The position numbers were made by a program, and so were the translations under genes. Below are positions 11,517 through 23,500 of a stretch of DNA of 64,000 nt, piece after piece. Numbering within the stretch: the first letter of the stretch is position 1; every line of letters starts with the position of its first letter. This DNA comes from Schizochytrium sp. TIO01 (Eukaryota > Protista > Bigyra: Labyrinthulomycetes). The stretch spans positions 2,418,001 to 2,482,000 of the forward strand of contig SMSO01000036.1 in NCBI GenBank assembly GCA_004764695.1. Reading direction: 5' to 3'. The notes beneath the pieces are model-generated. The model did no database searches. It was not told where the DNA came from and saw only the letters and a program-made list of their open reading frames with translations.

Positions 11517-14500
11517 CTGAGGTATGGTTGGCGAAACGCAGTAATAGCAGATGCTCAAGTCAGGATTCCATTCGATAGATGCTTCAGCACAGCTCGTGCA
11601 CCAGACATTTATTTCAATCACGACGGAGAGACTCAATACCCCTACACCAAAGAATCAAACTTACATAGCATCTTCTGAGCTCTTGGGCTCTGGACAAGGT
11701 TCGTTCCCCTCATGAATGGAGACACAGGAATCAGGGTCCGGGGCTGTAATATCCTCTCCAGGAGTACACACCTTTGCAAACAATTCTTTGGGGGTTATGT
11801 AGCCTCCAAACTCACACCTGTGTCAAGTCAATCAAATATTCAATACGAGGTCTCGTGAGAACAACAATTCGTGAATTTCAAGACAGCCTTGCAGCTCCAG
11901 GACCGACATTGATGACACAGCCTAGGCAAACCTGACAGCTAGCTGCGAGCGACGACGGAACTTACCAGATTCTAACAGAAGGGCATGTTTTGTGCAGAGA
12001 TTTAGCAATTGCCTTGGCGCCGTCGATGCCGATGTTATTGTGTTGGAGACTGTGTGGTCACCAATAAGCGATTGCAATGTCGCGACATGTCAGTTCAGTG
12101 CGTTCGATTCTCGACGGTATTGAGCCGCACCCATATACTGCACCACTCTCCTTTCCTTGTGTTCGATCTTGGGATTTGGCAAAAGGCCGCTTCGGTTGTT
12201 GCTCTTTACCAACGGTTCACCCATTTATTCCCTGCATTCCTCATGTCCGTAAATATTTAGTGCTCTTTCATTGACTGTTTCTTTCTCGCTCTGTATTTCC
12301 TTTTTTTTTCTCTCTCTCTCTCCAGTTTCGAATCTCAGCGCGCAGCTCTCTTTCTGCCCTCTTTCTGCTCTACAAACGTACTCCAATTGAGTGAGGTTTT
12401 TGCATCCCTTCAGTGCTTTGGCGACTGCCTTTGCGCCCTCAGAGCCAATGTTGTTCTGCTTAAGACTGTGTACGAGTATTTTCCATTCGTTGTGCAATAC
12501 AATTATTACGCGTCAGTCACTTGAGTGTTTTCCAATACTCCAAACAAGCGCTTCCCCGCCACCACAGGAACCCAAACAGCGTTCTCAACGTCATGTTCTG
12601 TATGTGCTGTATCTCTATAATTCTTCTCTCCTCAATCAATGAAACGTTGTGCATTCTGTTTCCATGATAACTCATCACCGTTGCTATCTCTTGCTCTGTT
12701 CCTGAAAGCGCTTCTTCAAGATCTACCGCCCAATCTTGAACTTTATGTCCTCAATTCTCTGTCTTTGCAAGGTGACTTTCCCGTTTTATCAACTTCGCAA
12801 CTCAGCGCAGCGCAAGTTTTCGATTTTACGAACGTACTTCACTATCGTCAGCTTCTCGCAACCCTCAAGAGCGTTGGCGACTGCCTTTGCGCCCTCTGTG
12901 CCAATGTTGTTCTCGCCAAGACTGTGGAGTAAATATCAAATATCATTCGTTGTGCAATCCAATGATTACAAGTCAGTCAGTCAGTCAATCAGTCAGTGAG
13001 ATCGTGAACTGCTTTCATGTCTGCGTCTCAAGTTCTTCTGCGAAGCAATACTTCTTCAACTTCACAACACTGATTCTCTACATTCGCATTCTCTGCTCTG
13101 CTCTGTCTGTCTTTGCATCATTCGTCCTCAGCATTCGAAATCCTACTCATCGCTTTTGACAGTTCTTTTTGAGTTTGTTTTCACATCATTTCTTCGGTTC
13201 TTTCTTTCCAAACAAAGGAACTCTTCTGCAACACATATTTTTTTCTCTCTTTGGTCTCTCTTCTTTCTTTCGTTCCGAGTCGACCATTTCTCTTCTTTTT
13301 CTTTTTCTTTTTCGTTTTCGCATCTCAAAGACTGAAATGAAATACGAAACAGCAGACTTTTCCAAACGTACTACAATTCAGTGAGGTCTTTGCATCCCTT
13401 CAGTGCTTTGGCGACTGCCTTTGCGCCCTCAGAGCCAATGTTGTTCTGCTCAAGACTGTGTACGAGTATTTTTCATTCGTTGTGCAATACAATTATTACG
13501 CGTCAGTCACTTGAGTGTTTTCCAATTCTCCAAACAAGAAGGAACTCTTCTGCAACACATATTTTCTCTCTTTGGTCTCTCTTCTTTCTTTCGTTCCGAG
13601 TCGACCATTTCTCTTCTTTTTCTTTTTCGTTTTCGCATCCCAAAGACTGAAATGAAATACGAAACAGCAGACTTTTCCAAACGTACTCCAATGTAGTGAG
13701 GTCTTTGCATCCCTTCAGTACTTCGGCGACTGCCTTTGCGCCCTCAGAGCCAATGTTGTTCTGCTCAAGACTGTGTACGAGTATTTTCCATTCGTTGTGC
13801 AATACAATTATTACGCGTCAGTCACTTGAGTGTTGCTTTCCAATACTCCAAACAAGCGCTCCCCCGCCACCACAGGAACCCAAACGGCGTTCTCAACGTC
13901 ATGTTCTGTATGTGCTGTATCTCTATAATTCTTCTCTCCTCCATCAACGAAACGTTGTGCATTCTGTTTCCATGATAACTCATCACCGTTGCTATCTCTT
14001 GCTCTGTTCCTGAAAGCGCTTCTTCAAGTTCTGTCGCCCAATCTTGAACTTTATGTCCTCAATTCTCTGTCTTTGCAAGGTGACTTTCCCGTTTTATCAA
14101 CTTCGCAACTCAGCGCAGCGCAAGTTTTCAATTCTACGAACGTACTTCACTATTGTCAGCTTCTCGCAACCCTCAAGAGCGTTGGCGACTGCCTTTGCGC
14201 CCTCTGTGCCAATGTTGTTCTCGCCAAGACTGTGGAGTAAATATCAAATATCATTCGTTGTGCAATCCAATGATTACAAGTCAGTCAGTCAGTCAATCAG
14301 TCAGTGAGATCGTGAACTGCTTTTATGTCTGCGTCTCAAGTTCTTCTGCGAAGCAATACTTCTACAACTTCACAACACTGATTCTCTACATTCGCATTCT
14401 CTGCTCTGCTCTGTCTGTCTTTGCATCATTCGTCCTCAGCATTCAAAATCCTACTCATCGCTTTTGACAGTTCTTTTAGAGTTTGTTTTCACATCATTTC

Positions 14501-17500
14501 TTCGGTTCTTTCTTTCCAAACAAAGGAACTCTTCTGCAACACATATTTTCTCTCTTTGGTCTCTCTTCTTTCTTTCGTTCCGATTCGACCATTTCTTTTT
14601 TTTTTTCTTTTTCGTTTTCGCATCTCAAAGACTGAAATGAAATACGAAACAGCAGACTTTTCCAAACGTACTACAATTCAGTGAGGTTTTTGCATCCCTT
14701 CAGTACTTCGGCGACTGCCTTTGCGCCCTCAGAGCCAATGTTGTTGTCCCCAATACTGTGTTTGGTTGGGTATCCCATTCGTTGTGCAATACAATCAATA
14801 CTACTCAGTCAATCGCTGTCCATCTGAATGCCTTCTTTCTTCTCGTGTCTTCAGAGAACTAAGAATGTCTCTCTCAGCGCCATTCTTCGTTGTCTCTGCA
14901 ATATTCATCCGCACTTTCAAATTCACCACTTTCGTGGGAGTGCGATTTCTCTATTTTTTTATTTTTTCCCCCCCAAATAATCGAATTTTGCTTATTCTTC
15001 CTTGCAACTTTAATCTTTGAAAGAGTGTTCTTGAAAGATCATATATGTGTTCGCTCTTTCTTTTGTGCGTCTGTTTTATTACTTTCTCTCATTCTCTCTT
15101 TCCGAACCATAACGCATCGATAGTATGATGGTACCATAACTACTGCGCAGTGGAGATTCAACACGATCATAAAACATACCTCAATATGGTGAGATTATCA
15201 CGATCTTTCAGTGCGTTTGCGATGGCTTTTATGCCCTCTTCGCCAACGTTGTTCTGGTCAAGACTGTGTTCATGTCATTGGTTGTTAGAAGAGAATATTT
15301 TCAAAGTTAGTAAAAAGCTGCATTACTTGAGAAGTGTTCTTTTAACATCACTACTCGAATGGCAGAACTTTCTCTCTTTTCGCTGTGAGGAATCGTTGTT
15401 CTGAAGAGTCTTCCTTCTCTCGATAAGTACCAACATTTAAGCAACACGTATATTGCTTCTGTACACTTCATTGTTGTTCTGCAAACTTTTACTCCGATTA
15501 CACCTTCCTTTTTTATATTATATTATTTTTTCATGTTTTTCAATTAAAAATTAAAATGAACAATTGGTACTGTTCTTTTCCTCTTTGAAAGAAGGCCCCC
15601 ATCACTAACTACCAATGTGGGTACTCTTTCAAACAGCTGTTGTATAGACTTATATATCAATCAAACGTACCTCAAGTCAGTGAGACTCTTGCATCCCTCC
15701 AGAGCGATTGCGATGGCCTTTGCGCCCTCTGTGCCGATTTTGTTGTAATCGAGGCTGTTTTGTGCAACACAACAAATACGAGTCAGTCAGTCAACCGCTT
15801 TCATGTCTGCGTCTCAAGTTCTTCTGCGAAACAATACTTCTACAACTTCACAACACTGATTCTCTACATTCGCATTCTCTGCTCTGCTCTGTCTGTCTTT
15901 GCATCATTCGTCCTCAGCATTCAAAATCCTACTCATCGCTTTTGACAGTTCTTTTTGAGTTTGTTTTCACATCATTTCTTCGGTTCTTTCTTTCCAAACA
16001 AAGGAACTCTTCTGCAACACATATTTTCTCTCTTTGGTCTCTCTTCTTTCTTTCGTTCCGAGTCGACCATTTCTCTTCTTTTTCTTTTTCGTTTTCGCAT
16101 CCCAAAGACTGAAATGAAATACGAAACAGCAGACTTTTCCAAACGTACTCCAATGTAGTGAGGTCTTTGCATCCCTTCAGTGCTTTGGCGACTGCCTTTG
16201 CGCCCTCAGAGCCAATGTTGTTCTGGTAAAGACTGTGTACGAGTATTTTCCATTCGTTGTGCAATACAATTATTACGCGTCAGTCACTTGAGTGTTGTTT
16301 TCCAATACTCCAAACAAGCGCTCCCCCGCCACCACAGGAACCCAAACAGCGTTCTCAACGTCATGTTCTGTATGTGCTGTATCTCTATAATTCTTCTCTC
16401 CTCAATCAATGAAACGTTGTGCATTCTGTTTCCATGATAACTCATCACCGTTGCTATCTCTTGCTCTGTTCCTGAAAGCGCTTCTTCAAGTTCTGTCGCC
16501 CAATCTTGAACTTTATGTCTGTCTTTGCAAGGTGACTTTCCCGTTTTATCAACTTCGCAACTCAGCGCAGCGCAAGTTTTCGATTCTACGAACGTACTTC
16601 ACTATTGTCAGCTTCTCGCAACCCTCAAGAGCGTTGGCGACGGCCTTTGCGCCCTCTGTGCCAATGTTGTTCTGTGAAAGACTGTGTAGTAAATAGCAAA
16701 TATCATTCGTTGTTCAATCCAATGAATACAAGTCAGTCAGTCAGTCAGTCAATCAGTCAGTGAGATCGTGAACTGCTTTTATGTCTGCGTCTCAAGTTCT
16801 TCTGCGAAGCAATACTTCTACAACTTCACAACACTGATTCTCTACATTCGCATTCTCTGCTCTGCTCTGTCTGTCTTTGCATCATTCGTCCTCAGCATTC
16901 AAAATCCTACTCATCGCTTTTGACAGTTCTTTTTGAGTTTGTTTTCACATCATTTCTTCGGTTCTTTCTTTCCAAACAAAGGAACTCTTCTGCAACACAT
17001 ATTTTCTCTCTTTGGTCTCTCTTCTTTCTTTCGTTCCGAGTCGACCATTTCTTTTTTTTTTTTTTCTTTTTCTTTTTCCTTTTCCTTTTCGCATCTCAAA
17101 GACTGAGATGAAATACGAAACAACAGACTTTTCCAAACGTACTACAATGTAGTGAGGTTTTTGCATCCCTTCAGTACTTCGGCGACTGCCTTTGCGCCCT
17201 CAGAGCCAATGTTGTTGTCCCCAATACTGTGTTTGGTTGGGTATCCCATTCGTTGTGCAGCACAATCAATACTACTCAGTCAATCGCTGTCCATCTGAAT
17301 GCCTTCTTTCTTCTCGTGTCTTTAGAGAACTAAGAATGTCTCTCTCAGCGCCATTCTTCGTTGTCTCTGCAATATTCATCCGCACTTTCAAATTCACCAC
17401 TTTCGTGGGATTGGGATTTCTCATTTTTTTCATTTTCCCCCCCCAAATAATCGAATTTTGCTTATTCTTCCTTGCAACTTTAATCTTTGAAAGAGAGTTC

Positions 17501-20500
17501 TGGAAAGATCATACGTGTGTTTGCTCTTTCTTTTGTGCGTCTGTTTTCTCACTTTTTCCCATTCTCTCTTTCCGAACCAAAACGCATCGATAGTATGATG
17601 GTACCATAACTACTGCGCAGTGGAGATTCAACACGCTCATAAAACATACCCCAATGCCGTGAGATTATCACGATCTTTCAGTGCGTTTGCGATGGCTTTT
17701 ATGCCCTCTTCGCCAACGTTGTTCTGGTAAAGCCTGTGTTCATGTCATTGGTTGTTAGAAGAGAATATTTTCAAAGTTAGTAAAAAGCTGCATTACTTGA
17801 GAAGTGTTCTTTTAACATCACTACTCGAATGGCAGAACTTTTTCTCTCTCTCTTTTCGCTGTGAGGAATCGTTGTTCTGAAGAGTCTTCCTTCTCTCGAT
17901 AAGTACCAACATTTAAGCAACACGTATATTGCTTCTGTACACTTCATTGTTGTTCTGCAAACTTTTACTCCGATTACACCTTCCTTTTATATATTATTAT
18001 TATTTTTTCATGCTTTTCAATTGAAAAATAAAATAAACAATTGGTACTGTTCTTTTCCTCTTTGAAACAAGGCCCCATCACTAACTACCAATGTGGGTAC
18101 TCTTTCAAACAGCTATTGTATAGACTTATATATCAATCAAACGTACTGCAAGTCAGTGAGACTCTTGCATCCCTCCAGAGCGATTGCGATGGCCTTTGCG
18201 CCCTCTGTGCCGATTTTGTTATTAGAGAGGCTGGTTTGTGCAACACAACAAATACGAGTCAGTCAGTCAACTGCTTTCATGTCTGCGTCTCAAGTTCTTC
18301 TGCGAAACAATACTTCTACAACTTCACAACACTGATTCTCTACATTCGCATTCTCTGCTCTGCTCTGTCTGTTTTTGCATCATTCGTCCTCAGCATTCAA
18401 AATCCTACTCATCGCTTTTGACAGTTCTTTTTGAGTTTGTTTTCACATCATTTCTTCGGTTCTTTCTTTCCAAACAAAGGAACTCTTCTGCAACACAAAT
18501 TTTTTTCTCTCTTTGGTCTCTCTTCTTTCGTTCCGAGTCGACCATTTCTTTTTCTTTTTCTTTTTCCTTTTCGCATCCCAAAGGCTGAAATGAAATACGA
18601 AACAGCAGACTTTTCCTAACGTACTACAATTTAGTGAGGTCTTTGCATCCCTTCAGTGCTTTGGCGACTGCCTGTGCGCCCTCAGTGCCAATGTTGTTCT
18701 GCTTAAGACTGTGTACGAGTATTTTCCATTCGTTGTGCAATACAATTATTACGCGTCAGTCACTTGAGTGTTTTCAATACTCCAAACAAGCGCTCCCCCG
18801 CCACCACAGGAACCCAAACAGCGTTCTCAACGTCATGTTCTGTATGTGCTGTATCTCTATAATTCTTCTCTCCTCAATCAATGAAACGTTGTGCATTCTG
18901 TTTCCATGATAACTCATCACCGTTGCTATCTCTTGCTCTGTTCCTGAAAGCGCTTCTTCAAGTTCTGTCGCCCAATCTTGAACTTTATGTCTGTCTTTGC
19001 AAGGTGACTTTCCCATTTTACCAACTTCACAACTCAGCGCAGCGCAAGTTTTCAATTCTACGAACGTACTTCAATACTGTCAGGTTCTCGCACCCCTCAA
19101 GAGCGTTGGCGACGGCCTTTGCGCCCTCTGTGCCAATGTTGTTCTCGCCAAGACTGTGTAGTAAATATCAAATATCATTCGTTGTGCAATCCAATGATTA
19201 CAAGTCAGTCAGTCAGTCAGTCAGTCAGTCAATCAGTCAGTGAGATCGTAAACTGCTTTCATGTCTGCGTCTCAAGTTCTTCTGCGAAGCAATACTTCAA
19301 CAACTTCACAACACTGATTCTCTACATTCGCATTCTCTGCTCTGCTCTGTTTTGGCATCATTCGTCCTCAGCATTCAAAATCCTACTCATCGCTTTTGAC
19401 AGTTCTTTTTGAGTTTGTTTTCACATCATTTCTTCGGTTCTTTCTTTCCAAACAAAGGAACTCTTCTGCAACACATATTTTCTCTCTTTGGTCTCTCTTC
19501 TTTCTTTCGTTCTGGGTCGACCATTTCTTTTTCTTTTTCTTTTTCGTTTTCGCATCTCAAAGACTGAAATGAAATACGAAACAGAAGACTTTTCCAAACG
19601 TACTACAATTCAGTGAGGTTTTTGCATCCCTTCAGTACTTCGGCGACTGCCTTTGCGCCCTCAGAGCCAATGTTGTTGTCCCCAATACTGTGTTTGGTTG
19701 GGTATCCCATTCGTTGTGCAGCACAATCAATACTACTCAGTCAATCGCTGTCCATCTGAATGCCTTCTTTCTTCTCGTGTCTTCAGAGAACTAAGAATGT
19801 CTCTCTCTCAGCGCCATTCTTCGTTGTCTCTGCAATATTCATCCGCACTTTCAAATTCACCACTTTCGTGGGAGTGCGATTTCTCATTTTTTATTTTTTT
19901 CTCCCCAAATAATCGAATTTTGCTTATTCTTCCTTGCAACTTTAATCTTTGAAAGAGTGTTCTTGAAAGATCATATATGTGTTCGCTCTTTCTTTTGTGC
20001 GTCTGTTTTCTCACTTTTTCCCATTCTCTCTTTCCGAACCAAAACGCATCGATAGTATGATGGTACCATAACTACTGCGCAGTGGAGATTCAACACGCTC
20101 ATAAAACATACCCCAATGCCGTGAGATTATCACGATCTTTCAGTGCGTTTGCGATGGCTTTTATGCCCTCTTCGCCAACGTTGTTCTGGTAAAGCCTGTG
20201 TTCATGTCATTGGTTGTTAGAAGAGAATATTTTCAAAGTTAGTAAAAAGCTGCATTACTTGAGAAGTGTTCTTTTAACATCACTACTCGAATGGCAGAAC
20301 TTTTTCTCTCTCTCTTTTCGCTGTGAGGAATCGTTGTTCTGAAGAGTCTTCCTTCTCTCGATAAGTACCAACATTTAAGCAACACGTATATTGCTTCTGT
20401 ACACTTCATTGTTGTTCTGCAAACTTTTACTCCGATTACACCTTCCTTTTATATATTATTATTATTTTTTCATGCTTTTCAATTGAAAAATAAAATAAAC

Positions 20501-23500
20501 AATTGGTACTGTTCTTTTCCTCTTTGAAACAAGGCCCCATCACTAACTACCAATGTGGGTACTCTTTCAAACAGCTATTGTATAGACTTATATATCAATC
20601 AAACGTACTGCAAGTCAGTGAGACTCTTGCATCCCTCCAGAGCGATTGCGATGGCCTTTGCGCCCTCTGTGCCGATTTTGTTATTAGAGAGGCTGGTTTG
20701 TGCAACACAACAAATACGAGTCAGTCAGTCAACTGCTTTCATGTCTGCGTCTCAAGTTCTTCTGCGAAACAATACTTCTACAACTTCACAACACTGATTC
20801 TCTACATTCGCATTCTCTGCTCTGCTCTGTCTGCCTTTGCATCATTCGTCCTCAGCATTCAAAATCCTACTCATCGCTTTTGACAGTTCTTTTTGAGTTT
20901 GTTTTCCCATCATTTCTTCGGTTCTTTCTTTCCAAACAAAGGAACTCTTCTGCAACACATATTTTCTCTCTTTGGTCTCTCTTCTTTCTTTCGTTCCGAG
21001 TCGACCATTTCTTTTCTTTTTTCTTTTCCCTTTTCGCATCCCAAAGGCTGAAATGAAATACGAAACAGCAGACTTTTCCTAACGTACTACAATGTAGTGA
21101 GGTCTTTGCATCCCTTCAGTACTTTGGCGACTGCCTTTGCGCCCTCAGTGCCAATGTTGTTCTGCTTAAGACTGTGTACGAGTATTTTCCATTCGTTGTG
21201 CAATACAATTATTACGCGTCAGTCACTTGAGTGTTTTCCAATACTCCAAACAAGCGCTCCCCCGCCACCACAGGAACCCAAACGGCGTTCTCAACGTCAT
21301 GTTCTGTATGTGCTGTATCTCTATAATTCTTCTCTCCTCAATCAATGAAACGTTGTGCATTCTGTTTCCATGATAACTCATCACCGTTGCTATCTCTTGC
21401 TCTGTTCCTGAAAGCGCTTCTTCAAGATCTACCGCCCAATCTTGAACTTTATGTCCTCAATTCTCTGTCTTTGCAAGGTGACTTTCCCGTTTTATCAACT
21501 TCGCAACTCAGCGCAGCGCAAGTTTTCGATTCTACGAACGTACTTCACTATCGTCAGCTTCTCGCAACCCTCAAGAGCGTTGGCGACGGCCTTTGCGCCC
21601 TCATCGCCAATGTTGTTCTGTGAAAGACTGTGTACGAGTATTTTCCATTCGTTGTGCAATACAATTATTACGCGTCAGTCACTTGAGTGTTTTCCAATAC
21701 TCCAAACAAGCGCTCCCCCGCCACCACAGGAACCCAAACGGCGTTCTCAACGTCATGTTCTGTATGTGCTGTATCTCTATAATTCTTCTCTCCTCAATCA
21801 ATGAAACGTTGTGCATTCTGTTTCCATGATAACTCATCACCGTTGCTATCTCTTGCTCTGTTCCTGAAAGCGCTTCTTCAAGATCTACCGCCCAATCTTG
21901 AACTTTATGTCCTCAATTCTCTGTCTTTGCAAGGTGACTTTCCCGTTTTATCAACTTCGCAACTCAGCGCAGCGCAAGTTTTCGATTCTACGAACGTACT
22001 TCAATACTGTCAGCTTCTCGCAACCCTCAAGAGCGTTGGCGACGGCCTTTGCGCCCTCTGTGCCAATGTTGTTCTCGCCAAGACTGTGTAGTAAATATCA
22101 AATATCATTCGTTGTGCAATCCAATTATTACAAATCAGTCAGTCAGTCAGTCAATCAGTCAGTGAGATCGTGAACTGCTTTCATGTCTGCGTCTCAAGTT
22201 CTTCTGCGAAGCAATACTTCAACAACTTCACAACACTGATTCCCTACATCCGCATTCTCTGCTCTGCTCTGTCTTTGCATCATTCGTCCTCAGCATTCAA
22301 AATCCTACTCATCGCTTTTGACAGTTCTTTTTGAGTTTGTTTTCACATCATTTCTTCGGTTCTTTCTTTCCAAACAAAGGAACTCTTCTGCAACACATAT
22401 TTTTTTCTCTCTTTGGTCTCTCTTCTTTCTTTCGTTCCGAGTCGACCATTTCTTTTTTTTTTCTTTTTCTTTTTCTTTTTCGTTTTCGCATCCCAAAGGC
22501 TGAAATGAAATACGAAACAGCAGACTTTTCCTAACGTACTACAATTGAGTGAGGTCTTTGCATCCCTTCAGTACTTCGGCGACTGCCTTTGCGCCCTCAG
22601 AGCCAATGTTGTTGTCCCCAATACTGTGTTTGGTTGGGTATCCCATTCGTTGTGCAGTGCAATCAATACTACTCAGTCAATCGCTGTCCATCTGAATGCC
22701 TTCTTTCTTCTCGTGTCTTCAGAGAACGAAGAATGTCTCTCTCAGCGCCATTCTTCGTTGTCTCTGCAATATTCATCCGCACTTTCAAATTCACCACTTT
22801 CGTGGGAGTGCGATTTCTCATTTTTTAATTTTTTTCCCCCCAAATAATCGTATTTTGCTTATTCTTCCTTGCAACTTTAATCTTTGAAAGAGAGTTCTGG
22901 AAAGATCATACGTGTGTTTGCTCTTTCTTTTGTGCGTCTGTTTTCTCACTTTTTCCCATTCTCTCTTTCCGAACCAAAACGCATCGATAGTATGATGGTA
23001 CCATAACTACTGCGCAGTGGAGATTCAACACGCTCATAAAACATACCCCAATGCCGTGAGATTATCACGATCTTTCAGTGCGTTTGCGATGGCTTTTATG
23101 CCCTCTTCGCCAACGTTGTTCTGGTAAAGACTGTGTTCATGTCATTGGTTGTTAGAAGAGAATATTTTCAAAGTTAGTAAAAAGCTGCATTACTTGAGAA
23201 GTGTTATTTTAACATCACTACTCGAATTGCAGAACTCTCTCTCTTTTTTCGCTGTGAGGAATCGTTGTTCTGAAGAGTCTTCCTTCTCTCGATAAGTACC
23301 AACATTTAAGCAACACGTATATTGCTTCTGTACACTTCATTGTTGTTCTGCAAACTTTTACTCCGATTACACCTTCCTTTTATATATTATTATTATTTTT
23401 TCATGCTTTTCAATTTAAAAATAAAATGAACAATTGGTACTGTTCTTTTCCTCTTTGAAACAAGGCCCCATCACTAACTACCAATGTGGGTACTCTTTCA

